Shown: positions 1 through 11,436 of the stretch, one piece after another
Position numbering within the stretch: the stretch's first letter is position 1
Layout of the letters: each line of letters begins with the position of its first letter
Assembly (NCBI GenBank): GCA_024137785.1
Contig: JAHRHZ010000140.1
Span: 30,733,687-30,797,686 of the forward strand
Length of the DNA stretch: 64,000 nucleotides
Source: Ginglymostoma cirratum
Lineage: Eukaryota
Reading direction: 5' to 3'
The notes under the pieces: generated by a model
The model's input: only the letters and a program-made list of their open reading frames with translations
What the model was told of the DNA's origin: nothing
Database searches by the model: none
Translations under genes and position numbers: made by a program

Positions 1-484
1 ATTCCACTATAAGTGGAAGTAATGCATTTTCACTGGCCAACTGGATCATCACCATCACTCCATCCCAGATTCCTCATATAACGATGAAGCTTAGGGAGCA
101 GTTGATTGAAGGACATCTGCCAATTACTAAGATCCGGGGATATTTTAAAACATTAAGGGATATTTCAAAACATTAGGCAAAATCTTTGTGTCATCAAAAC
201 ACAATGAGTATAATGTGCAGAACTTTAGAAGATAATCCGCAATGCAGCAGAACTTGAGTGCATGCTGTGAGCACATTCTTTTCCAGAACCATGACAATTT
301 TCCAGTTTAAGGATACTTAAGAATAACCTCAAGCTTTATATGTTGAGAGTAGGTGATTGACAAAAATTGACAAGAATTGCTGCTGCATGTTAAAAATAAG
401 AAAAGAATTACAATAGATTTTGAGGTTATTTTTCCATGATGTGGAACAAGCCATTGAACCTCCAGAAGCATACATTTTATTCAA

Positions 485-800
485 CATTTTTCTACCCATT
501 CTTCCGAGAAGGCATTATCTCGGACAGGAACATGACTCCACAGGCATCAGGACCTGTGTTAGTTCAACCAAGAGAGTTAGGACAGTTAGTATTGCCAGGA
601 TATTCATTAATAAATGTATCCCAACTGTGTTTTACAGTGACCTCAGCGAACGTCTCTTACCCAATATTCACACATGAATCTTCCTAAAGGTTTCACTGGT
701 TAACAACCAGATGCAGGGACCCTCTTACTCTTAGCTCAGTGACGCTGAGGCTATTTGGTGATCTGCTGAGTCAGACAAATTAGCCAATGATCCCAAACTA
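485..800 (-). mobile_element. LF-SINE-like element (decayed, tRNA head missing)
   Basis: The reverse complement shows collinear blocks resembling the LF-SINE consensus as I recall it: aaatagcctcagcgtcactgagctaag, gggtccctgcatctggttgttaaccagtga, ggaagattcatgtgtgaatattgggtaagagac, gaatatcctggcaatactaactgtc, gcctgtggagtcatg, gccttctcggaagaatgggtagaaaaatg. Confidence 0.7.
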
Positions 801-2697
801 ATTCTAAAATAAATGTACTCTTAATACAAATTGGAACAAGTTAAAGCAAATAAATATTTAAGAGTATTTTGAAGACAGGGAAGAAAAATATTTAAAACTT
901 TTCACCACTCCAGTTGCAACCCCCAACTACTTTTAATTGTGAGAGTCACCAGTGATTGATGATTCGTAGTTCTGATTTCAAAAGGGAGTGCCTCTTACAC
1001 AGGGATAACAGTTTGTAAACTGGGGCAGACTTTGACATGATGGGGAATGATTATAAAAACAGGACAAGTTACTCTAAATATTGGAGTTGTTGGCATTTGA
1101 ACATGGAAAATAAAACATGGTTATGCCTCTGGCTTCCCAATACTTTGGCTGAGTTTTGATTAGTCTTGAAATGAATGATGAGTTGAGCCTGATCAAAATG
1201 TTGAACCCAAGGTCCCATGCCAGTTTTTGAACCCTGTTCCATTGTGCTTACTCTATACATGGATGTCATATACTGAATGCACTGATCAATGACACTGAGA
1301 GGGACCAAAGGAGGCCTCTTAGAAAACAGAGCTAAAGGTTTCATCGAGGTCAGAAAGAGAACCATAGATCCCTACAAAAATCTGTCCTGTTGCTGACTCT
1401 TCAGTGTGGTCGCTAGATTAGGGGCCTTAGTACTTAATACTCCCAGGGTCTAGCTTTTGGTTCAGCTTTGTGAAGGGATTTTGCTGCATCCCTCACTCAT
1501 AGTAATCTGCTGGTGGGTGCTCACTTAGAACAGGAAGTTTGCCATAGTATTTAAATGCATTCCAACCGCAGAAATTGTTTGTGTTACCCAAGGGCCTCTG
1601 CACATAAAATGGATTTTTTCTTTCATAACACACATCCAATGTATGCCCAAGTTGAACATTGCTCCAAGTGTTGTTTACATATCTATGATGTATTGAAAAC
1701 CAGATTTGCTCCTGGCTATTGCTCTCAATTGCCCTTTAGCACTATTACTTTTCAAGAATTAAGTTAATCTACTTCCCTTCTTTCCAAGGTAAGAAAGATG
1801 ACAGAAACAAGCCCGTAAAACATCGAGTTTTATAGATGCGGAAGCTGAATGTAAAAGCATATGATGAAAACACACACTTTAGAGCAGTTAAATTCACTAT
1901 CAAGACAGGAGTCCAGCCATATGTTAAATGATTTTGCACAAAAAGACAGTGCTCCATTTGCATTCAAATCACTTGAAAACAAATGACTAAATGTTTGCCA
2001 AAGAACCTCAACTACTCTTTTATTGTAATAGCTTATTAATTTTACATCTGATTCAAGTTTATCATCAATACCAAAATACAAAACTATCAGTTACATGTTG
2101 GAAGTGTAACTACCTTGTTCCACTAAGCCATACTAAAGTGCTGGCAGTGGGCAGGGGAAATGTGAGAATTGTCTTTGGATAGCATCATACTATGGACATG
2201 GAATTGGGTTGCCTATACACTGATTTCTCATTTGTTTCATAATAACGTCACGTGGTCATAAATAATAGTTTAGGCTTTTGATTTCCCTTGGCTATATTAA
2301 TAACAACATAGAAATTAGAAAGATTGTGTTAGACACTCTTACAACAACTGTCTCAACATAGCGAATAGTCAATTTGAGTTCTAAGTATGAAACTTAGTTA
2401 CTACAAAGAAAACAAATTCCGACACAACTTATTTGGGAAACATATGGCTGTGACACCAATTTGAATCAATAATGGTTCACTTTAAGAGAAAATAAACCCT
2501 ACTGTGATATTCATTGTGTATTCAAAGAGTTAAGTGAAGATTTTTGTTATAAACTTTTGGGGTTGTCTAAGTTGATTACAATGACATGATTCATTCCTGT
2601 CGATGCCCTGGGTTTAGAGGTATGCCAACACTGCTTAATATCAAATTATATGATAATTTAATTCAGAGACCCCTTATAATTTGAACGAGATATCAAG

Positions 2698-4355
2698 GGC
2701 AATTTTGACTTTTATCACCAGGTGATAAATAAGTGATAGTGAATTAACCATTAGTTTTACAGCCTGCCTGATTACCTTCCCCATTGAAGTCACAACAGAG
2801 CCAGCTCTGAAATGGGCAGCTAATTCACTAGCACCTGCGTTCCATGTGACAATAAAATGTTAAATTAACACATGCCTTGTGCATTGCTTCTCTGCTCTTT
2901 CCAAAAATGGACCAATGACACACCATGAGACAAGATTGAATAAAAAATTGGTGACAGTAAAAACAAATGTCACTTACCTTACTTAATTTTGTTTCCCTTC
3001 CTAGGAAACATGGATAATGATAATTGTGTGGGCTCCTTCAAGCCAAAAGTGAACTGACTCTTACATTTTCTTGGAAAAGTGCAAGTTACATCAAAAAGTT
3101 TTGAAAGGTTTTTTGCCATGAAGGCTAATGAGACTTCTTGCAATATCTGACCAGACTCACCTCACTGACGACTTACTTTGCCCTATGCTATTTGTCACAT
3201 CTAATTTTATCCTTGCCATAGCATGTGTCAAAATCAGAACAATAGCAGCACCCCTGGTATTAATGCCATATTTAAAAGACAACTTTATTACCAGACGAAC
3301 ACTGACATTCTGAAGCTGCCCTCCTTGGTGATGGACGCAGTGTGAAAAGATGGCACCGTGATTCTCTGACAGGAGCCTAACATCCTACTGGACAAGGTGG
3401 TGCAGAGCAGAGGTGCCTTCTTTACCCAGGACAGGCAGAGGAGACCATGGCACCTAAACCCATCAGCCTGGTCCGAGGTTTCATTCAGATCAGTGCAGCC
3501 TCAATGGTGCAGACTAGTAGTGCTGCAAGAGGGTCAATAGTCTTCTCTGATCCTTCAGGAGAAGTGCCACACTCTTCTGTCTGCTTCCTCACAAACAGTC
3601 TATCTCTGATACTGCACTTACCTCCCACCAAAGGCTCATGCTCTACTGCTCTCACTGTTGCCTGCGATATCTTCTCTCTTCATTCTCACTCTCCCAACAA
3701 CCTCCCATGCCACCAACCCTGCATGGCCTCTGCCCTGCCTACTCGTTACCTCAGAACACCTCACCACCTTTCCATCATCTGCACCAGCTACCACTCTCAG
3801 CTCTCTCTCAGTCCCTCTCTTCATCTCATTCTGGGAGAAAACAGCCTACAATAGGGCACCCTGGATGGGTGGAAGGATGTCCAACATCTCAGACCCATTG
3901 AGAAAACAATTCTTGTCTTTGTAGGAGAAGATCAGGACTGCTCCCGTGGAGATGCTGATCATATTTACACCCCACCAACCAAGTAAGTACCATTCTTTAC
4001 TTCATGGCAAACCAAACAGTAACCCCCACTGTTGGGTGTCATTTATTGCAGACTACTATAATCGCTGGGCACAATGCCTTCTCTCTTGTGTCATGCATGT
4101 GCCAGTAGAACATCCATGGCATCTTCAATGAAACAAACAGTCGGCTCCACCAGAAGCTACCTCCTCAATCTGTGGTGACAATAGTACTGAAGCATTGACA
4201 AGTTGCCCCCACCCAGACCAGATATTGACACCTCGGTAGGAATGTTAGTGTTGGAAAGTTTGGGAGCACAAGCTTGTGAGCACCTCATTGAGACAGCTCT
4301 GCACCTGGCTAAGGAAGAAATGGATAATGCCAACATATTTTCACCTACTTATGGT
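2698..4355 (+). mobile_element. PIF/Harbinger-like element remnant with Myb/SANT-like exon at 3350-3555
   Basis: Translation from ATG 3350 gives MAP*FSDRSL...LLDKVVQSRGAFFTQDRQRRP...CCKRVNSLL, matching the APRFSD..L...RP...CRK+xNDL pattern of Harbinger Myb/SANT proteins. A gggcaattttgac TIR-like start lies at 2698. Outer boundaries are approximate. Confidence 0.6.
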
Positions 4356-4359
4356 CCCC

Positions 4360-4582
4360 ATTATCAGTTTTTCTCCTTCCCTGCCATACCATTATCCATT
4401 CCTTTGTTTGACTAACGGTCTTTCTGTCTCTCTTGGCTCCATCTCCCCATATCCTCTCACTCCTTTGCACTACCTCCCTGTCTGCAGCGTATATCGCATC
4501 TTTTCCTAGCTACTACTTGTTCTGGTAAAGGATCACTGGACCCGAAACATTGACTATGTTTTATTTCCAAAGATGCTGCTAG
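4360..4582 (+). mobile_element. Penelope-like element 3'/pLTR fragment with degenerate hammerhead core
   Basis: A pyrimidine-rich tract is followed by ttctggtaaaggatcactggacccgaaacattgac...gatgctgctaga, the typical shark PLE pLTR layout (CTGAnGA-stem-CGAAAC). Confidence 0.65.
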
Positions 4583-4589
4583 AACAAAT

Positions 4590-4927
4590 AAAAGATTGCC
4601 ACACATGCAATTCTCCTGTCCAGGAGGAAATAATATCAAGAAAAAAAACTGAGAATGAGACAGAGAGAACTCCATAGTTTTGTTATAGCAGGGTGAGATG
4701 TGTTGCAACTTCCAAATCCCAAAAAGCTATTCTAGGCCAAACTAAAAATCCTGGTTCTTTGGGAGCTTGACCACACCCATTCAGGCTGATTCTGCTGCTC
4801 TAACTTTAAAAAAAAAACAAGGCCTCACAAGCTGTTTACATTATTGGCTTGAAGTAGACCACTTAATACCTCTGTCTCACCCTCTCTTCATGAAAAAAAA
4901 TACTCTTAAAGCCATAGTATTGTTACA
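4590..4927 (-). mobile_element. Partial solo LTR-like fragment
   Basis: The minus strand begins TGTAACAATACTATGGCTTTAAGAG (TG terminus) and resembles shark LTR families from memory. The other terminus was not seen. Confidence 0.35.
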
Positions 4928-5003
4928 TTTGGTAACATGCAAGTAGATTGGAGAGATGATAGTCCTGATGGGTTGGTAAATTTTGATGGCAATGTCAGTG
5001 GAG

Positions 5004-5026
5004 GTGTGTGTGTGCGTGTGTGTGTA
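5004..5026. repeat. (GT)n microsatellite
   Basis: gtgtgtgtgtgcgtgtgtgtgta seen directly. Confidence 0.9.
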
Positions 5027-5301
5027 TTTCTGTGTCTGTCTGTTGGGTTGTGGGGGTGGTGTGTAAGTGGGGGATGGTGCTGAGTGATAAGCAGATGCTT
5101 TGCAGCCAGTAGGGGTCTGGAGTTGCCAGATGTCTGCTTTGACTTCCAGGTCAAGAATTTTGTGCTTTTGGTTGACATGGAAAGTTGAATGCTAATGAGG
5201 TGAGCTATGGCATTAATAAGTGATTTAACAAGCTATAATTCCTTTTGATTGCTGCCTCACTACTTGCCAAATGCGTAAAATATGCAGCATATTGTGCTTG
5301 A

Positions 5302-5651
5302 TCATAGAATCCCCACAATGTGGAAACAAGCCATTCAGTCCAACAAGTTCACACCGACCCTCCGAAGAGCATCCCACCCAGACCCATACCCCATCCCTGT
5401 CACCCTGCATTTCCCATGGCTAATGTACCTAACCTACACATCCCTGAACTATGGGCAATTTAGCACGGCCAACCTACCCGATGTGCACATCTTTGGATGG
5501 TGGGAGCAAACCAGAGCGTCCGGACGAAACCCATGCCAACAAAGGGAGAATGTACAAACTCCACACAGACATCTCACCCATGGGTGGAATCAAACACAAG
5601 TCCCTGGTGCTGTTAGTCAGCAGTTCTAACCACTGAGCCAGCGTGCCACCC
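5302..5651 (-). mobile_element. HE1-family V-SINE (full length)
   Basis: Minus strand: tRNA-like head gggtggcacgctggctcagtggttagaactgctg, V-domain gtctgtgtggagtttgtacattctccc, and LINE-derived tail cttgtttccacattgtggggattctatgat. It aligns by eye to the copy at 44178. Confidence 0.92.
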
Positions 5652-5779
5652 TTTTTTCCCTAAATGAATAAAAATGCAGATGATGTTGTGATAGATCTTG
5701 CTGGACTTCTCATGTGATTCTGCTACAACTCATGCTAGAACCTATGTCTTTCAGACTTCTAGAAGATTCCATCTGTGCA

Positions 5780-6540
5780 CTTTGTTCAGCTTTAAATCCT
5801 GGGCACTTTCTTCTCCTGCTTATGTTCACTGGGACAGAGGTTTCCCAAAAAGCCCCATCTTATCAATACTGAAAGCTTATCTTGCTGATCGAGTTGACAC
5901 ATTCTTCAATGACTCTTTCCAAATGGACTGGGGATTCATTAGCTGTTTCTGTACCAGTGCTAGCTGCTTCACAAGATGGTTTAGCATTATGCTGACACAA
6001 AAATGTTTTTTGATGTGTTTATGCCATTCTTAACTAGCATTGAAACTCTCTGATTGCACACCCTCCCCTGATTATTCTGTCAGATCCCATACAGGTTGTT
6101 GGCTCTTGCTTGGGTGACCATCACACTAAGAGTCAATTGGTGCTGGTTTTGGATCGATCCAGACTGCCAAGAATCTTTTTCATGCTTTCCACAATACTGC
6201 TTCCAAACTGACTAACTCTGCAAGCATCACCATGGATTGTTCTCACTGTCACAGGAAGTAAAGCAAGTATTCAAGCAATTTCAGTGGCTCACCTATATGT
6301 TTCATTCAATTTCACCATGGCTCTGATCATTTTCCTTGATCTCGCTGCAACAGCAGATTCTCTTGTTGGATGTTTCCAGCTCATATTGTAGTGCTAAATC
6401 AGAAATGTGGAAAAAGAGACTTTATAATGGCTTCTCTGACATTCCTGCTTTCTCATTGGCTTTAAACTAGCTCATGTACCTCTCTTGCCGTATACAGGAA
6501 CTGTGCCGTATCAAACGAATTCTGAGATAAGGAAAGTCAT
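5780..6540 (-). mobile_element. Tigger/pogo-like DNA transposon, decayed transposase
   Basis: Frameshifted minus-strand peptides IVESMKK/LAVWID, LTLSVMVTQARANNLY, ESFNAS*EW, HNAKPSCEAASTGTETANESPVHLERVIEE, FSIDKMGLF and PGFKA. These match the CENP-B-type HTH and DDE N-terminal motifs (FxASxGW, GEAASAD, FNxDETGLFW, PGFKA). Confidence 0.8.
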
Positions 6541-6949
6541 TTCACTTCACCTTTGTGCCGTAGAAAAAGTGACAGACATTCAAAATGAGCTTCGGTCAAG
6601 AGAAATGGGGCATCAAGTCCAGCTACTTGCTTGCAGAAAAGAAAGTTTAAATTTAAATCTTAATGATTTCATTTGGAGCTCCTTAACTATAGCAAATAAC
6701 TCTTTAAAAAAAGAACAAAATTTAGTTCCTTTATCCCAGTACTTACACCTGTAGAGCACTGAACTCTTTAAAAATTGAAATTCCTCAACTACAGTTGTTG
6801 ACACAATGCCCCAATTCAATCTCAGGACTCAACATTGCCAAGGCAAAGATGGAGCATGATGTCGGCCTCATGCTTAGTGATGGCTCTCAAATGATTTTAC
6901 CACCAGTAACTGACAGAAAGTACCAAAGTTTCTACAGGAAACATGACCC

Positions 6950-8330
6950 TTATCAGTAACACGGGAACAAAAAAAATGTTAAACTGAAATACCATTCAAT
7001 GGAATGCCTTTCAAAGAAGAACTTCATTGAACATTGTTGCCACTTGGAATCTGAACACTCTCTAATTTTGATAGCAATGTAAAACATTTCAGCCACACAG
7101 CTGTTTCAATATGATTTACAATGAAACAAATTTACCCCAATGTAACAAACCTCAGAAGTTCCTACATTTTGTTTAGGTTCCACTATCAACTTTTGGAACT
7201 TCACAGAATTTTCTATTTTTTTTTTGACATCTTATTATTTAACCTTTTCCGCCTTTTGAATGAGTTTGAACTCAATGCATGCTCTGCTACTCAGGAGAAA
7301 TCTTTCTTGACTTTCTGGTGTTGGGTAACTCTTTTGTTGGAACACCATCATCGTTAGTGCAAACTCCCCGGAACATGTATTGAACTTCTCTTAGTTGTAA
7401 ACAGTGTTTTGTTAACCAAAGTTCACGATCTAAAAATATTCTGATGGTCATTCCCATGTCTAACTTTAAATTTGTGAGATGGCAATTGACAGACATGTTT
7501 GCATACCAAAAATTTTGGTCTGGTTCACTGATTTCCCTTAGAAAATCTTTGGATTTATCTTCTATTGGAGACTGTTCTATTTATCTCCATTTGTGAATAT
7601 ATTTTATCTTTTCATATTTTTCCTGTGACTGAGCCCTTTCTTAGCTCTTTTCAGAAAGTGACCTATATTCTTACGATAAAAACATTCAATTTCTAAAGTT
7701 AGGAACTATTCATGCCTGTGAAGCTTCTTTGTTTTATCCACTGCATTGTCTTATCGAGTGTTTCTTTTGTGATTTTACACCTTAAGACATGTCATTTTGT
7801 GTCTTCTCCTTTCATGATTGGTCTGTTTTTGTTTTCAGACCTCTGCTTCTCTCACCATCTGAATGGCTTTCCCTTGAATTAGGTCTTCTTTGGACTGTAG
7901 TAGATCTGACAAAGACTCATCAGTAATGCGTATAACAATCCTATCACATATGAATTCTGACTTTACTCAGCATTGTTACATCCCTCCACTAGGCTGCAGA
8001 GGTCATTAATGAAATAATTTATTGATTCACCAGTATGTTGCACTCTTTTATTGCATCTTGCTTTTTAAAGAATTGTCTTAATTCTGAGGGCTAGATAATC
8101 ATAAAAGGCTTTCAATACCTCTATGAACATGTCTGATGTTCCATTTACCCCTTGGCAAACAATAACATCATCTGCTTTTTTTTTCAAATTCCACTCAGAT
8201 GTAAACTAACCTCCTCAGCTTCTGTCTTATTGACCAGTTTGGAAATCATTCTATACATCAAGAATAGTCTTCTCCAGGACATCCATTTTTGTGCTCAATG
8301 TGGCCCATCTCTGAATTAAATCTTCCTGGC
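6950..8330 (-). mobile_element. Ty3/Gypsy LTR retrotransposon internal remnant (gag, zinc knuckle, protease)
   Basis: Minus-strand peptides: FIEVLKAFYDYL...KARCNKRVQHTGESINYFINDLCSLVEGC, ICDRIVIRITDESLSDLLQSKEDLIQGKAIQMVREAE (gag), NIGHF (knuckle) and WYANMSVNCHLTNLKLDMG (decayed FKLDTGA protease). Many stops and frameshifts. Confidence 0.85.
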
Positions 8331-9259
8331 AATTGTATTACGATGACATAGTTTTTAATGTGATTAGGTATTTTAACTGTTTTAAAGACACTTATTCTAC
8401 TGAAATCACTCTTCTTCCACACTAAGCTGCTGTATTGGAAGCTTTTCTGCCCTTTGAGGCTGAAGTGAAGGCTTGTCCTGTACTTTGTTCTACTAGTGCT
8501 AAAATATCTTGGTAGAGATCCATGAACTCAATAAGGTAAGAGGGTCAAGTTACCATGAAATGTGCTCTTATAAAGTGAATGGCATTTCAAGGAATGAATC
8601 TGGAAACAGTCGGAAGGATATCACTAAGATGACCATTACTTTTGAAAAAACAGGACTTTAGCACACATCACTTAGCCACGCCATGATTGACTATGAATTG
8701 TTTATGTAATGTTTATATGTTAACGAGTACAATCGTGTTCAGGATGTCTCAGGTCATGCAAAGGAGGTAATGGCTGGCGAGATAATGTGTAATGATTTTT
8801 GATGGTTTGGTGCAAAAGAGGGAAGACTAAAGACAGAAAGAGGACTTTAATACAGAAAGGAACAAGAGAGTTTGTCTCGTCAACCACTGTCATAAACTGG
8901 CATCATGAGAGGGATCAGCTGAAAACTGCTGCTTTAAATTATCATTGCTTTTGGGCTTATTATGACAAACTTAATAAATTCTCCAAAACTTGTGAAAACT
9001 TATTTGTATCTGAAATGGCTTTCGCAATTAATCTGGACCAGTAAACATTCAGATTGGCTGCATCAAATTCAGTTTAAAATTGTAATTGACATTGGCCTTA
9101 CAATTAAAGTGAACCAAAATCTTACATTAGCTTCAACTTAATTGTGTCCAATTCAAATTTTTGTGAAGTTCTTTGAAGGAAAAGGCCACAAAATGTTGTG
9201 ATATATATCAGTTTTGTGAACAATTATTTTAAAAGGATGGTGCGATTTCAAGATATTGG

Positions 9260-11436
9260 AGAGTTTTTATGCTGACTCAGGGCCTGTGGGCTGACTTTTG
9301 ATCTTTCTACTGAAAATGCTTTGTCAAATTCATGGTACCCTGTTTTCAGTGGCTCACAGCATCGTTTCTCACACAATCTTCTACTCTTCACCTTATTACT
9401 TATGCAATGAGCTCTCCAGTATCGGTTCCGCATAATCACATGGCAGGAGAGGAGGAAGTACTCAACACTGCTGGGATCTCCCAGCATTCATGTCATTGAC
9501 ACTGTATTTAAAGCCTATATGCATACCACTTCAGCAGCTGTAAGCCAGGACTTTTCCTTCGCATCATGGTGCTGCAACATCATCACTGAAGCAATGGCCC
9601 AAAAAGGCAAGTTAGCTCCTTGCTTTGTGGACAGGGACTTGGAGGTGCTGGTGCTTGAGTTGGTGGAGAAGGCAGTGCTTTATTCTGATGCCATAGGTCA
9701 CCACACCACCAGACACAACCCACCTGGGCTGAGATAATGGTCAGGATCAGTACTGTGTCATGGGTCCATAGAAAGAATGCATATAAATGCAGGAAGAAGG
9801 TAAATGATCTTCTGCTCTCTACAAGACTAAGTGCCATCATGTCAATGTTACCTTTCACTACCTATGGCTGCTGCTGCATCTCCACAAATCTTAAAAAATG
9901 CAATTCTCTCTCTTAGACCATAACACCATAAGATTATAGGAGCAGAATAAGGCAGTTCAGCCCATTGAGTCTGCTCCACCATTGATCATGGCTGATATGT
10001 TTCTCAACTCCATTCTCCTGCCTTCTCCCTGTATTGTTTGATCCCCTTACAAATCAAGAACCTATCTATCTCTGCCTCAAATACACTCAGTGACTTGTTC
10101 TTCGTAGCTCTCTGTGGCAATGAGATCCACGGATTTGCCACCTTCCTGAAGATACTCTACCTCATCTCAGTTGCATATTGTGTCCTTTAAGTATTTCTCC
10201 TGCATCTCATTCTCTCAGACTACAAAAATTTCCCGCTCTCTGTGTTGCACACTCACTGGGGATAGTTCATCACCTCTGCTACTCCTGCCTCACCCCTAAC
10301 AGCTCTTCCACTTGTTTACATCATACTCGATTCTTTCCTTTGCCTCAGTGCAAGAAAAATTGGCCTAATCCCTGGAATGGCATCTTCATACCACCCTGAC
10401 TGACATACCAATAATCTCTGGATTGCTGGACTTGATTTGACAGTGGGCCAATTCCCATGAACTGGTAGGGCTCAGCTCCTTGGACTGTGAAAGAATAAGC
10501 GCTAACTGACCATGACCAACCTCCTAGACTGGAATTGGAAGAGCCCTTGACTGACTATACTCCACGACTAATTACAGATCCTTTGGCCCCACTAAAGCCT
10601 GATTCTCTTTGAATTTCAGACATGACCATTTTGTTGAAGCACGTGCAGTATACTAGCTGCGTAAGCTCTAGCACATGCCATAGTGAAATATTGACGCAAC
10701 ATGATGATATGTCCACACAGTGACATGCCCATCCCATTGTTAACTCTCCCCACCAATGCCCAGCTACCTACCTCTCCCAACTGCTAAAAGACAATGTAAC
10801 CTGCAGAGGCTGGCTGCGTCCAGGCAAGCACAAAGTAAGAGAATGAGCGCTAAGAATTCAAGCTAAGAGCCATAAGACGTATGTGTGTCCCTGTGCCTAA
10901 ATTGACCTGACAAAAGTGTGCACTGTGTGGTGAATCCAAACTCCAAGTCAAGTTCTGAAGAGTTGAAGTGGTGTTCCAGTTGGACTGAGAGCACACACGA
11001 TGATGTTTTGAGACTGGTGGTTTACCTATGCCAGCTTGGATGGACAAAAGGATAGGCACTGGGGTGCAAGCAGGGATGTTGCAGTGATATCAGAGTTGCA
11101 TAATGGCCAAGAATAGCAATTGGCGAGCCGAAGCCACCAGGTAACGACTTTGATTTACAAATTCAGAATTTGTGGTGTCGAGTTTTTTAAGAAAGCAGAG
11201 AATTGGAAGTGGCATAGAAATTAGCCAAATTGAGTGTTTAATGAGCTACAAATACAAGGAAATAAGTTTGTTGCTGCTCACTAGTGAAATTCTGAAGGTG
11301 CCATTTAAAGACTAACTAGAAAAGTGGTAAAATGCTTCTTGATTTTGAGATACTGCTTTCTTTTCTCATTTCCTCCATTTTCATCCAACTTTCTCCTCAT
11401 TGCCCAATCCATTTCAAAAATGGGAAAATTACACCC
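9260..11436 (+). mobile_element. PIF/Harbinger-like element remnant with Myb/SANT-like exon at 9594-9826
   Basis: MAQKGKLAPCFVDRDLEVLV...VLYSD and, after a frameshift, RKNAYKCRKKVNDLL. A gaaaattacaccc TIR-like end lies at 11436. Boundaries are approximate. Confidence 0.7.
9915..10175 (-). mobile_element. CR1 LINE 3' fragment nested in the Harbinger remnant
   Basis: Reverse complement of the CR1 tail: tcagccatgatcaatggtggagcagactcaatgggctgaactgccttattctgctcctataatcttatggtgttatggtct. It is homologous to 38680-38764. Confidence 0.9.

Noticed and set aside
138-176. 20-bp tandem duplication gggatatt(t/c)aaaacatta as a CRISPR-like repeat
   Set aside because: Only two adjacent units with no spacer, in a eukaryotic context; ordinary slippage.
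420-687. Plus-strand ORFs of 83-85 aa as a terminal coding exon
   Set aside because: They are the antisense reading of the LF-SINE-like element and have no protein motif.
5292-5305. ttgtgcttgatc resembling the start of miR-218
   Set aside because: Only 12 nt match, it abuts the HE1 SINE tail, and there is no hairpin.
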